This document shows, one piece after another, positions 39,501 to 53,210 of a DNA stretch of 64,000 nt. Made by a program: the position numbers and the translations under genes. Origin of the DNA: Octopus sinensis (taxonomy: Eukaryota); assembly GCF_006345805.1 (NCBI RefSeq), contig NC_043001.1, forward strand, positions 6,200,001 to 6,264,000. Direction: 5' to 3'. Within the stretch, counting starts at the first letter, position 1, and each line of letters begins with the position of its first letter. The notes below the pieces were generated by a model that was not told where the DNA came from, did not search any database, and was given only the letters and a program-made list of their open reading frames with translations.

Positions 39501-41812
39501 TTAAGTTGCAACAGTTCTTATAGTCCATTGTTTGTATTATGGCGCATTGTTGTGCCGTTCAAAACACGTTATTCTTTAAAAAACAAAGGCTTCGGTCAGT
39601 TAAGCCGATTAACTCTTCACGGTGGTACCCAAGTATGACCGAAATACAATTGACAGAAAGGATAAAAAGTAAAAGGCAATTTTCTCCACGTGGGAAATTC
39701 TTTGAAATGAAATTCAGAAATCTTCGTGTTATTTCGTCTATCATCTTGTTGCCGAATGGAATTTGAACCCTACAACGCCCCTGTTAGGTTACCTTCCAAA
39801 ATTTTATTCTCAATTATGTTATATATCAGTAGCATTGAGTGCACGTGGTTATTATTGGTTTATTATGTTCACAATCGTAAGGCCCTGAGTTCGATACTCG
39901 GCAGTGTGTTGAACCTTTCAACAAGACACTTTGTTTGAGGTTACTCCAGTGCTCCCAGCTGGTCCAGATGTGTAGTACCTGTATTTCAAAGGACGAACCA
40001 TAGTTTATTCTGAATATCCCTGTGAACTGCAACGAGTGTACGCGTGTCTGAGGATTGCTCAGCCACTTAGGAGTTACTTTTCCAATTGCAAACTGTTCCA
40101 CTGATTGGATCAACTGGAATACTCTTGGTCGTATCTGATGGAGTGTAAGATTCTTTTTAATACATATCAGTGGGAAATATGTTGTATGTCTTTAAAGTTC
40201 AAATTGCTTTGTCAGAAACTACTCACTATCCTTATTTCAGTAATTTTATGTTTCTTGCCTCTCTTGTCTACAAGCTGGAAATTTCGTTCCATAAATTTCT
40301 AATAATGATCTTGAAAATGGTGATGTAATGACTGGCATGTCAATATACGAAAGTGTTTCCATCGAATTTTCTGGAGAAGACTCCAAATAATGTCTAAGGA
40401 TATTTCATACCTTCAACTTTAAAAAGGCCTGCTTAAATGTCCCCTACCTCTTTAGAAGTTCCTGTCTTGCTGTACTATTCTCTAACCGAGAATATTTTAT
40501 ATGAGAATGTACCGGGGGCATAAGTCGAGACTACACTTATTGAAACTCAGTGCTACCCTCTAGGGTCTACAGTCTCGGTAAAGTACATGATTGACTTGGT
40601 TACTAAATTTTGGTGGTTGAAAAACATAGCAAAAAAGGCAACAATAAAGATTTCTTATGGATTAGCAGAAACGGAGATGACTGGAATTTGATGTAATTTC
40701 CTATGACCATAATTTCACGTGGACACTCAACATTTGCCTGATGTGTATTGATGTATACAGTGATATATATAAAAGTAAATATTCAGTGTAATTTGTGTTA
40801 GTTCGTGAAAAAGAGAGTGTTTGTTATAGAAATATAAAGCAGCGAAAATTGATTCGGCGATTGCTAAATGAATTGTTAATTTGATTTTGGCACCAGCTTG
40901 GGCGCATTTCGATGTCGTGAATTAGCAAGAGACTAACATGAAATATTACTGATGTATTTTGCTAATGCATTGATTTATACTGTTTGAAAACATATTTCTC
41001 CGGTACGTATTAAATCATCTGATTCACTTTAAATTATGAAAAAATATATCCTTTCAATTTCCAATAACTTGCAACGATGTAACTGGAAAACAATTGGCTA
41101 AAAATCAACAATGATATCTTATATTAAATTACAGTTACTATTTATTTGTTTATTTTATAGCAATATGGCTACTTGGCTTATGTCGCAGTTCATACAATTT
41201 ACGTTATATTTATTGTCTTCTATATTCTCTCTTTGCAGAATTTATATGTTTGAATTTCATGACAGAGGTGATGTCTCTTTATTACCTTTTGAAGTTCTCC
41301 CGTGTTTAGGTAAACATTGTATTTTATAGCCTTGTATGATCAAATGAAATCATGACTGTTAGCTTTGCTGCATTATTTCTGTCATATCACGTTGTTTCAT
41401 GGTTAAGATTCTTCATATCAAGCTGTCCCCAATCTAATCAGCCGAAAATAAGGACCATTTTGGTGCTGAGGCAGTTTGTCTGCTTGTTCGTCTCCCTTTC
41501 TGCGCCTTTTTCTCTCTGTACCCCTATCTACTTCTCACTTTCCAGCTGTTTCATCCTAGATATATAGTTGAATCACTGCCGATTAATCCAAGTATCTTTT
41601 GCACACTCCGTCTTTAACCAGCATCAGATGCTGAAGTTGATTACGATTCAAAGATACGGAGCTCTTCAATGCCCTGCCAAGAAAATTAACAACCCTAAAC
41701 AATGTGGGTGCAGATGTCTTCGAAAAGTGACTGGTCATTCTCCTAAGCATGTAACCAAATGAACCGATATCACGGCACGATATATAGATTAGGGCATCTC
41801 TGTCTAGCTCAC

Positions 41813-41882
41813 TCATCCAGCAAATAAGCCAAGAGCAAGGGTAAATGCAAATACAGCAATGGTGATACGAGATCCAAACACC
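41813..41882 (-). CDS. Candidate terminal coding exon, VFGSRITIAVFAFTLALGLFAG*
   Basis: Acceptor TTGGCTGATTATTTCAG, then a hydrophobic 22-aa stretch and TGA; isolated. Confidence 0.25.
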
Positions 41883-43421
41883 CTGAAATAATCAGCCAAA
41901 TTATAAAGCTGCGGAAATGGTATAAAATCTCACTGGTATTCCAAGATGGCCACAGCCCTGTGCCTAAAAAGAATAAAAGAAATAAACAATTTGTTTTTGT
42001 GTACGTGCGTACGTGTCTGTGTGTGACGGTGTGCGCACGTTTGCTTGCATGTGTGTTTACGTATGGATGGGTTTCACAGCTAAAATACCCCCGCCTCTTA
42101 ATTAAAACTGTAACATATCAGATAAAGTTTTAAATTTCAGAATCTACAGGGCATCAAAAACGTAGTATTATTGTCAAATCCAATAATATTGTGTCTTTAA
42201 TGTAATCCATCTCGGAAATTAATATTTGAAAATCAGTAATCCTTGGATTTTCCTCTCCTACTGGAATTGGTATCTTGTTTTATCCTTACAGTTAGCAGCT
42301 AACCATGTGCGTTAATCCTTAATATGGAATCTGCTACAAAGAGATACACATCTTTCACATGAGAATAAGATGAGCGATTTCTCGTTCAATTTGCTCAGAT
42401 AGTTTCTACTGGAATCCAGTTATTAAATATATACAAAGTGTAGGTTTAATGATTATATCTAATCTCCCATTTCGTTAACCCGGGATTGAACGATCGGTAA
42501 ATATTGATATTTTCTAAACCTAAGTTTCATCTAAGTTTCCATTATATTTTCATCTCTTTTAAATCTATTCAGCTAAATTTTGACATGGATTACTGTTTGA
42601 CGAAACCTGTAAAACAAATATGATCAATGGTTGATGATGATGATGTTTATACAACACAGTTCCTCAGATAAAATAAAGTGTAACAAAGGGATCTGTAATA
42701 ACGTATATCGCAGAAAGAAACATATAGCCAATCCTTTGTGGAAGATATAAAGTATGGGCGGTATCCATATAACGGATGCATTTCTTATGTTATTCTTCCA
42801 ATGTGGCTCACTTGAACCTTGTAAATTGTAACTTAGAATATTCTAGCCATAAAAGCGAAATCCTACACTTCAAAATCCAACTGCACAGTTAATATAACTG
42901 TGAAGTATACATAAGCATTGATGGATCGTGTAAGGCAATTTAGAATACGGAATAGTTTAGATGCGTTGCAGTGATGTGTATAAAGAAGTGAATCGCATGC
43001 CATGCATACCGCTATTTAACTAAAGTGAATTAAAATGGCTTTCCTGAATTAAACTGGCTTTGCTACTAATAGCCTGTCTTGCATACTTCGTTCTTCAGTT
43101 TAAAATTATACTGTTTCTCTTCCTCCAATGAGAAATATATTTTAAAGATGCATTGTATCACCACATTCTTTACTTCACACGGTAAAACACAAGGCAGAGA
43201 CACACACACAAAGACACACACATACCAAATACATATATACATACACACACATATATATAAATGTAAATTAATATAATCACACACACAGACAGATATACAT
43301 ATATACGTGTCTGGGCTACTGAAATCCATGAGTATATTTCTTGCATTCCCACTGTTTTTATTATCTCTTATTCCTTACTTTTGAAGAATGTAGGAATATT
43401 TATATATATGTATGTATATAT

Positions 43422-43479
<58 letters not shown>

Positions 43480-44504
43480 TACATACATAGACATATATAT
43501 ATTTATATATATATATATACATCAGCGTATGGAAATAAGTCAAATTAGAAAATGCTAAAATAATTCTATAAAAAACATTTCAGTTCCGGTTTCGGTCAAT
43601 GAGAACTTTCAACTTTTCAAATGTAAGTATGGAAAACAATTAAATTTGGGAAAAATTAAATGAAAACTATTTTAAATGAATATTTACATAATATTCAAAT
43701 ACCAGGGGCATTTTACTTGTTTTTACCTGTCTCCGTCTCTCTTGCTTACTCTTCTCGACCGTAGATTGATAAGTGGGAATCCATGCATTAGCAAAAAGCA
43801 AAAGTTGGCCATCTCTATTTACTAATCTGGATTGCTTCTTTCTTTAATTTTTCATGCATGCAATCACTTTCCTGACAATTGTATGTTGCTGATACAGTGT
43901 TTCCTCGTCCCGAAAATGAATAATGAATAACAACCCTTGTTGACCAACATACTTTGGCCATCAAATTTTAGGTTGCAAAGGTAGGTTTGGGTAGTGCTTT
44001 GGTGTTTCTCCTGCACCTAACCACTGCCCTGTCCTCCTACTGTTATCAAAAAGTATCCATTTCTCATCACACATAATGATGCAAAAATGGTTCTCTTTCC
44101 AACCGAGAAATCAACATGGAACACACTGTAAGGCATCTGTTGCTTTGAATTTCATTTAGTCGATGGGGAACAAACCTATCCATCTTTTAGACTTTTCAAA
44201 ATCTCTTCAAGTGTCCAGAAGCAGTTGCAGTAGGTATCTGGAGCTCTCATCCAATTCTTCGAAAGGTTGTTCTCGGATTTCGTTTAACCAAGGCTTTTTT
44301 TTATTTTGATAAGCCTTGTACTTATTCTATTACTTTGTTCTTGTGAAACCAGTAAGTTTTGTGGATGTAAATAAATGAACAGCAGTTGTGAAGCAGTGAT
44401 GAGGGCGAAACATAGACATACACTTACATATATACATATATACATATATATATACGATTGATTTGTTTCAGTTCCTGTCTACGAAATCCATATATATTGT
44501 TGTT

Positions 44505-45715
44505 GGCATCCTTTTTGTCTCGGGAGACAATGGAGTTGCGCATAAAATAATCTAGTCTGGCTTTTACATTTCATGTCCTAATACATCTCCTGCTGTGGCT
44601 GTGTGGTCTTATCCTGGACAAACACTCCCTCTGGCAGGTGCCGCAAATGTAGCGAAGACTTTGCCTAGCTGGTTGTAAGGTCATACTTTCTTGTTGACGT
44701 ATATGTCTCCCTCTATGTCACTCCTTTGTGTTCCCTCTTTTACGGTACGTCGCCAATCCCCACGGTTGCTGGCAACTGCTTCCCAGTTGGTAATATTGAT
44801 GTTGCAGGCATTCATGTCCCTTTTGCAAACATCCTTGTATCGTAAGAACGGTCTTCCCACAGACCTAGTGCCCCTAGCAAGTTCTCCGTTGTGTATGGCC
44901 TTGGGGATTCTGCCATCTTCCATATGGTTAACATGTCGAAGCCATCTCATACGTCTTTGTGTGAGGAGTGTAAACATGCTTGGTATTCCTGCTTGAGGAC
45001 ATCTTTGTTGGGGACATGATTCTGCGATTTGAAGACAAGGATTTTCCGGAAGCAGCGCAGGTGAACGATATTTAGGCGACGTATGGCGTCGTATGGCGTG
45101 TGTATGGCGTCCAAGTCTCACTTCCATACAGTAGAGTGCTAAGTACACATGCCTGGTAAATCTTCATTGTTGTGGTTTTGGTCAGCATATTGTTGTCCCA
45201 TGCCCGTTTGGAGAGTTGGGCCATCACAGCAGCTGCCTTGCCAATGCGTATATTGAGCTCAGTATCAAGAAATAGGCTTTAGGTAACGGTAGAGTGACGA
45301 CAGGTAAACTTCTCCACCTCCTGTAGTCTGTGGTCTCCAATATGTATGTTTAGGATGGTCGATTTAGCCTGATCAACGATGTTGGTCTTCTTGAGGCTGA
45401 TAAATAAGCCAGAGTCGCTACATGCTTGCTCAAACAGTCGATGAGCCTCTGTAGGTCTTCTTCTGTGTGTGATACCAGAGCGGCATCATCAGCAAATAGC
45501 ATCTCCTCGATCAGGATGCTTCTGATTTTGGTCTTGGCACGCAGACACGAGAGATTGAACAGTTTCCCATCACTTCTACTGTGCAGAAACACTCCATCAT
45601 CTGATGTCACAAAGGCATGTGACAGCAGTAGCGAGAAGAAGTTGCCAAATAATATAGTAACAAGCACACAACCTTGCTTCATCCTATTTGTTTTATTTGG
45701 AAGGCGGCTGATGTT
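44505..45715 (-). mobile_element. RTE-clade LINE 3' part (RT with FADD motif, C-terminal Zn-finger-like motif)
   Basis: KQGCVL, EMLFADDAAL, RRMRWLRHV.HMEDGRIPK...GEL..G.RSVGRP.LRYKDVCKRD and terminal CGTCQRECLSRIRPHSHSRRC; frameshifted. Confidence 0.88.
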
Positions 45716-46227
45716 GAACCATTGTGCTGTATGGTGCCTTGCATATCATCATGGAAAGATGTATGTATGTATGTATGTATGTATGTATGCGTATGTGTGT
45801 GTATGCGTGTGTGTGTATGTGTGTATGTGCGTATGCGTGTGTGTATGCGTATGTGTGTGTGTGTATGTGTGTGTATGTGTGTGTATGTATGTGTGTGTGC
45901 GTGTGTGTGTGAGCGTGTATATATGTATAATAATAAATCTTAGAGCGAGTTATACGATACTGGAAAAAGTATATGTATTTGTGAAGGGAACCTACTTTTC
46001 ATCGACAACTGTGATTGTCACACGCCGATGACGGGTCAATATCCAGAAACTCGAGTCCGTGTGTATCATAAGTTGGAGACGGGAAGGATAGCTTCCCTTT
46101 ACAATTACTGATAGGGCACAGAAAGTGTCTATAGCCAGCTGGAGGAGGTGTCCTCCTGGGGCTACAAACTACAGTAGCATCCACTCCTTAGGAGTTAGCT
46201 ATATTTAAATGCAAATATACATCACTA

Positions 46228-46334
<107 letters not shown>

Positions 46335-46526
46335 TTATATATATATGTGTGTATAGTTATAGATAGATAGTTAGATAGATAGATAGATAGATATACATAT
46401 ATATATATAGATATATACATATATATATATATATACATATATATAGATATATATAGATATATACATATATATATACATATATATAGATATATAGATATAG
46501 AATATATCTATAGACATATATATATT

Positions 46527-46580
<54 letters not shown>

Positions 46581-46613
46581 ATATCTTAATATATCTATAT
46601 ATATATATATATA

Positions 46614-46860
46614 TATCGCCCACCTGATGCTCCAAATCACATTGGCAAGTTTGAAGATTGCCTCACAAGAATTAAAGAAATCCTCATGAATCTGGAACAC
46701 CACGTGACCAAATTTCTTATGGGTGATTTCAACTTCCCCAACGTCAAATGTCCCGAAGGTTTTATACTCTCAGGAATGAATCATTGCAAGCAAGATCAGG
46801 TGGAGTCTAAGATATATATTGATATCGCTAGTGATAACAATACACAAAATATATAACAGA
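46614..46860 (+). mobile_element. LINE apurinic-type endonuclease fragment (CR1-like)
   Basis: YRPPDAP...[11 protein letters not shown] motifs in one frame directly after (TA)n. Confidence 0.7.
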
Positions 46861-47519
46861 CTGGAATTGTAGGCCCGTCTCTTGCAATTTCGATCAATTG
46901 GATCTTGTATAGAAGTGTACGGCTGTAGCGAAATTCATGTCAGGACTTTCTTCTATCGAAGGCATTTTAACAAAAATGCTTCTGTAAAGACTGTGAAAAT
47001 ATTGTCAATTTCCCCAAACAGGGACACAATTCAATTTTTGAACGATAACCAAAGCCCCTTCTCCGAAATGGGGAGGGTTACGGTTTACAATTACTTAACA
47101 AATACAATACAACAACGTTTCCCTGACGAGGATCCAACAAATAGTCAAACAGTAATAATAATAACAACACACTTTTTAAATTTATCCCCATTTATGTGAA
47201 ACCACTTATTCAAGTTCAAGTCATTGATGTAATTTTATACGAATTGCTAATACAAGCACACACACACACACATAATAAGGGTGAAAAATTGAATATTAAT
47301 TTGATTAATATGAATTGAAAACCAGTGGTGTAGCATATAAGACCATAGCAGATCTTCTTCTAGCAAAATGGATGACCACTGTTAATGGTACATCCCTGTT
47401 ATATAATACTTTTACTTTAATAGTTTCAGTATTAAAGTGAATGTCTGCATTACAATAGAGAGCTGTTTTTGTTTCACTTTTAACACGTAATACTGAAATA
47501 GTGGAGAAGATATGATATT

Positions 47520-47690
47520 GCTGTGGGGTCGTCCTAGGGAAAAAGTTAAAATTTTTTGCCGATGACACTCACCGGACCTTAAGTAAGGCACGTGTAAAAT
47601 TCGAATGAAATTGGTTGTGTAGTTCTCAAGTTTTGGGAAAGACACAGACAGACAGACACACATTCTCAGCTCTATATACATAGAGATAAT
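47520..47690 (-). mobile_element. Helitron/Helentron-like non-autonomous terminal fragment
   Basis: Minus strand starts ATCTCTATGTATATAGAGCTGAGAATGTGTGTCTGTCTGTCTG (TC start plus CTGT repeats). Confidence 0.4.
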
Positions 47691-47753
47691 ACTTACACAC
47701 GTATATATATGGTATTATTCGAAAAGTATGTGTTTGTATACATGTATACATAC

Positions 47754-47794
<41 letters not shown>

Positions 47795-47859
47795 TACACA
47801 CACATATATACACATATATACACACACATATATACACACACACACATATATATATATAT

Positions 47860-47917
<58 letters not shown>

Positions 47918-48269
47918 TAATATATATATATAGGAATGTATGTATATGGCATTATTTATGGTACAATTAAGTCTAATGATAAAATAAATCTTTTTTCATT
48001 GTCATTATGAAATGATAAAGCAGCTGCAAACGCAATTTTGCACAAACCTGATGTATACTAATGGATTATTTGTTAATTCATACATAAACGAAGTGATACC
48101 TATGCTATATACATAGCATTTCTTATTTATGTATTACTACACAACTCGTCACTCACCGTTTTCTCTATTGCCGATTTGTTTTCTTATCATTTCCAACGTC
48201 TACATTTCGTGAACCGTAAATGTACTGATCAATTTCTTTCTTCGTAGCAACATGTTGCTAAAATGTATT

Positions 48270-49072
48270 TTACATCGGTATGTGATGGCAATCCCTCAAG
48301 GTCGAGGATGATGGTCTTCGCGCAAATTTTCTGGTGAGTCCGTAGGTGACCGATAAGACCAATTCTTGCTTGAAAAGATCGGTCGCAGTGCGGACATCTA
48401 GTGCCGGAAGGGAGAGTCGCACGTGGTTGTTGTTGGTGCTCCTTCCGTCGTCGTCTTTTCTCCTCAAGCTCTGCAGACCTTTTCGACTCGAAAGTCGCCG
48501 TTCCCTCATGGATGGTGGTTTTTCCAGAGTGGTCTGTATTTTGCCGTTTCCTCCCAGTTAGTGAAGTCGAAGTCACACTTTTTGAGGTTCGTTTTCAGGG
48601 AGTCCTTTTAGCGTTTCTTCTGGCCTCCTTTTGTACGCTTGCCGCCTTTGAGTTCGGAGTAGAAGATCTGTTTGGGAAGTCGTTCGTCAGTCATTCTAAC
48701 CACGTGGCTGCTCCCTCTTAGTTGGCCTTTGATGATATAGGCTTCGATGCTGGTCATTTTTGCTTCTTGTAGCACGCTGACGTTAGTTCTTCTGTATTCC
48801 CAGCTGATGTTAAGGATCTTCCGAAGACAGCGTTGGTGAAATTTCTCGAGCGTTTTCAGGTGGTGACTATACGGGGTCCAGGTTTCGGATGCGTAAAGGA
48901 GGGTTGGAATAATGACTGCCCTGTACACCATGAGTGTGGTTTCGGTTGGATGTCCCGATCAGCAAAAACTCTTGTTCGAAGCTTGCCGAAAGCTGTTCCT
49001 GCACACTTCAGACGGTGTTGGATTTCATCGCTGAGGTCTACGTTTGCTGACAGATGGCTGCTGTATAGTTAA
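48270..49072 (-). mobile_element. RTE-clade (BovB-like) LINE, 5'-truncated
   Basis: VYRAVIIPTLLYASETWT...FHQRCLRKILNISW, RMTDERLPKQIFYSEL..GKR..GGQKKR and C-terminal CPHCDRSFQARIGLIGHLRTH. Confidence 0.9.
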
Positions 49073-49204
49073 CTATCTTCGGTAATTTGAATTCATTTTC
49101 CTTCCCAAGTTGAACAGAGAGTCAAATGTTTCTATTCGACTAATATCTCTCTTCGCATTTTCTTTATTTTTAATTCATGTAATTAATAACTATGCTTATT
49201 GATT

Positions 49205-49412
49205 TCAAATTTGTTCACAAACCCAGCAATATCGTGGAAGGGTGTCTGTCTATTGCATCGACCCCAGTGCACAACTGGTTCGTATTTTATCGGGCAAAAA
49301 GAAGGACAGGCAAAGTCAACCACGGTGGAATTTGAACTCAGAACATAACAATGGAGAAATCGCCATAACAAACTAGGTCCAACGTGCTAACGATTCTGCC
49401 AACTCGCCGACT
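49205..49412 (-). mobile_element. tRNA-derived SINE (family B)
   Basis: Homologous to 36958-37165. Confidence 0.7.
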
Positions 49413-49469
49413 TAATCTTTATATCGCTTGTTATTTTCATTTATGGATATATTTATTCAGTTTAATATT

Positions 49470-49778
49470 TAAGAGATGAGGAATAATGTACATTATTTAC
49501 ATTTGACGGATACTTCTCCTCATCTTGTTGGTTGTTATCGCAACGTTTCGGCTGATATACCCTCAAGCATTCATCAGGAGTCTTGAGGAAATTTCGAACC
49601 TAGGTTCTCAATAGTAAGGTATTTTTCAATGTTATTATTGTTATTATTATTATTTTTATGCTTATTATTATTAATAATAATAATATTATTGTTCAGGTCA
49701 CTGCCTAGAATCGAACTCAGAATCTTTGGGTTAGTAGCCCGCGCTCTTAACCATTACGCCATATGCCCGTGGGCATAT
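49470..49778 (-). mobile_element. Composite element: tRNA-like head (49768-49696), (AAT)n, hammerhead-containing tail
   Basis: 73-nt head GGGCAUAUGGCGUAAUGGUUAAGAGCGCGGG-CUACUAA-CCCA...GUUCGAUUC; downstream CUGAUGA...CAGCC-GAAA-CGUU (49577-49542). Confidence 0.65.
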
Positions 49779-50129
49779 GTCAATATTTATTATTCTATTG
49801 AATCTCATATTTCAATTTTAAAGGTGTATTTTACTTCAGCTTTAATTTATTTTATAAATTTACTCAATTTACTTATTTTCTAACATTGTATTACGTCACC
49901 AACCGTGAAATACAGTCAGTGAGTTTTCTGTATATAAGATTATGCACCCTTCATTTATTCAACACTATTTAATTTTCAACCTACTTTATCGAATCATTAC
50001 GTGTTCTATATTCTCCCTACCGTTCTCTCTCTCTCTTTCTCTCCCTTCCTCTCTCTCTCTCTCTCTTATTCTCTCTACCTTGACACATACCTTGGACTAT
50101 TCTCTGTTCATCGTGTATCATTTAGCGGA

Positions 50130-50420
50130 GCTATTAGAGAAATTTGATTTTTACGTGACATATCTTACGAACCTCATCCGAATTCCCTAGCGATAGAAGC
50201 CACGCATCTTCAATCACTAAGTTTGTTCTATCCATAAATATCAAAACCTTGACTGAATATTTCCTTGTCCATCATCGTCCGGTCTGAATCGCGTTCCACG
50301 ATCACGTAATTGATTAATTTCTCCATCAATTTTATTGCACCTACCAAGGAGGAATCGATTAAGTATAGTATCTGTCATGTATTCAGGACGGTGCAGTCAA
50401 CGGATGTTTTCACCACAACA
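50130..50420 (-). mobile_element. Possible Tc1/mariner N-terminal remnant
   Basis: Weak resemblance to F..GR....D..R.GRP and GIS...V..I.H; many stops. Confidence 0.35.
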
Positions 50421-51642
50421 TTACTTATTTTGTACGGAAATTAGAATGAAATTTATTGCCTACAATTTCACAAACATAATAAGTAGCAAGTAAAATCTGT
50501 TTTATCTAGAGAAGGCCGTTGCGCAAACAAGAACACACGCTCTGGCTTAGTATAAGATCAGATCTTGAATAGAGAGGGCAAATAATTGAAAAGGTGGCGA
50601 TTAGTAACCAAAGGATTTTGACTAAATAAAAACATCCGATTGATTGTTTAATCAACATATTAAGCAAATATTCAATCAGTTACTTGGTTTGATATTTAAT
50701 AAATTGATTAACAGTAAAGAAGTTATGTTGAACCAGTGCATGTGTTATTATCATTATTAGCCCAATAACCCTCCGAAGACATAGCATGATTTGTTTCAAC
50801 AAACGAATTCACATCAAGAATCTTGCAAAGCAAACAAAGAATTTGCAAGAAAACCTTCCAATTCAAAACCATTTGTCCAAATTCTGCTTTCACCAAATAG
50901 TTATTTCAAAACGGTTGTAATGTAAATTAAAACACTAAATAAAAGGTGGTGGTACGATAGTAAAGAAAGGGTGGAGAAGAATATAAGCAGGTTGAATATT
51001 TCAAAATATCTACAGGTAAATACAAATTTACAAGTAAATATAGTTTTACAGGTAAATACAGACATTTCCAAGTAGATATAGGTATCGACTTTTATGAAAA
51101 TAAAAACAAGGTTCTCGTACCCAAATTGATTTTTTAAAGTTTAGTAAGTAAATGTGCATGGCTTAGTGTTTAGGGCGTGGCTCAGTGGTCCCAGTCCAAA
51201 GATTGTGAGATCTACTCCCGGTACTGCGGGGTGTTTTTGAGAGAGACTCTTTCATTCATACTTCTCCAGGCCCTAACTGGCAAAAATGAGTTGTACCTGT
51301 ATTTCATAGGGCCAAACATATCCCCTTCTGTGTCACGCTGTGCGTACTAAGTTGAGGGTAACGCGTTTCTGTGGATGTACCAAGCAAATGTGATGATTTT
51401 AAGGTTCCATTGTCGGCTCCAATGGAACACTCGCCATCGTAATAGAAAAAGAATGTAAAAAAAAAGTGTTCATGAATGTGTTACTTGAGAGTTGGTCATC
51501 TTAAAATATCTCTTTCTAAATTTCCCCTCCATCCTTCGTTTGAAACTCAGGTATTTGTTGGTATGTTGCGAAAACGCTCACGTCATCACAGGCAAAAGTA
51601 TACAAGAGATTGACTCACATACAATTTCATATAATATATGAA

Positions 51643-51715
<73 letters not shown>

Positions 51716-51769
51716 TGCATATATGTGTATGCATATATATATATATACACATATATAAGTACAAACACG

Positions 51770-51801
<32 letters not shown>

Positions 51802-53154
51802 CACGCTCGCGCATATGTGTATACGGATGTATAGAATCGATCCGATACATAGTGTAATATATCCTGCTATAGAGATAATGGTTTATCTGTTGGGTTTGAA
51901 ATCCTCTTTTATTATGTTGTAAATGTATGCAAATATTGGATAGATATTGCTTTCAAAATTTATTTCCACCTAACAGTTAAAGTATTTCTCACAAATTGAT
52001 ATCAGTAAATATGTTGGAAAATATTTACACGAGTTAATGCAAATATTCTTTCGATTTGATAAGATCACGTCAAATGAAAAAGTTATTAAAATATTCATGG
52101 TCATTTCTGGATGATTGCGAAGTTCGTATAAAAGAAGGCTTTCAAATATTAATCAAATCCGATTCCAGAATCGACGAATGAAATTTAATCAACTTTAGAT
52201 TTCTGCAATGCTGCAGTATTTACTGTAGACATTTTGTGCCGTATTTATTCTCGCTCTTCAATGCAATCATCAATGGAGATACACATTCTACACACCCACA
52301 CAAACATACACACACATGCACACACATACACGTAAGAATATAATTATATATATATATATACTACTCCATTTTCTTATTTTGTATATACATGTCTCTATAT
52401 TTATATATATATATATATACATTACACATACACACACACACACATGTATATATATATATATAACCTGTGGGACCAGTTATTTCCATGATATATTATTATC
52501 ATTATTATTATTATTATTATTTCTATAGTGTTTGAATTAATAATACGATTTTAGATCGGGAGATCCCAAAATTTCTTAATTTTGGTAATTTTCATTTCCG
52601 ATGCTGTGTTGTTTAATTCTCGTTTACACAACACACACGCGCGCGTACCCGCACATCTATATGTGTATATATATATATATATCGAGTTTCAGTTTCTGTG
52701 TACGAAATCTACACACTAAAGCTTCCATCAGCCCGACCCCATAGCAGCAACATGAGCCCAAGCATTCGTGCAGTTGGACTGGACCTGGAACCATGTAGCC
52801 TGGATGCAAACTTCTCACCACATATCATACACACATACACACATACACGCATTCATACACATACATGCATACTTACATACATACATACATACAAACACAC
52901 CCATACATACACTTACATACATACCCGCATGCATAATGTCCATAACACTATGGGGTGGTTTCTAACATTCTGCTTCTTGATTACTATTAAATGAGGATAT
53001 GCCGTGCACTTTTGCAGATTTAAAAAAAATTATTTTTGTTGTTTTTTTATTTGTTTTTGCTTGGTGTCATGTAAATTCCCACTCAGAAACACATCCACCC
53101 ACACATACATGTACACACACATACACACACACATACACACACACACACACACAT

Positions 53155-53210
<56 letters not shown>

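Noticed and set aside
42795-42900. Minus-strand exon-like segment with good acceptor and donor
   Set aside because: Stops in all three frames; cannot be supported as coding.
47100-47170. CUGACGA...AAACAGUA hammerhead-like string
   Set aside because: G12 is missing, and stems I and II cannot be paired convincingly.
49696-49768. tRNA-Ser(ACT)-like gene
   Set aside because: Acceptor and T stems are mismatched; treated as a SINE head, not a functional tRNA.
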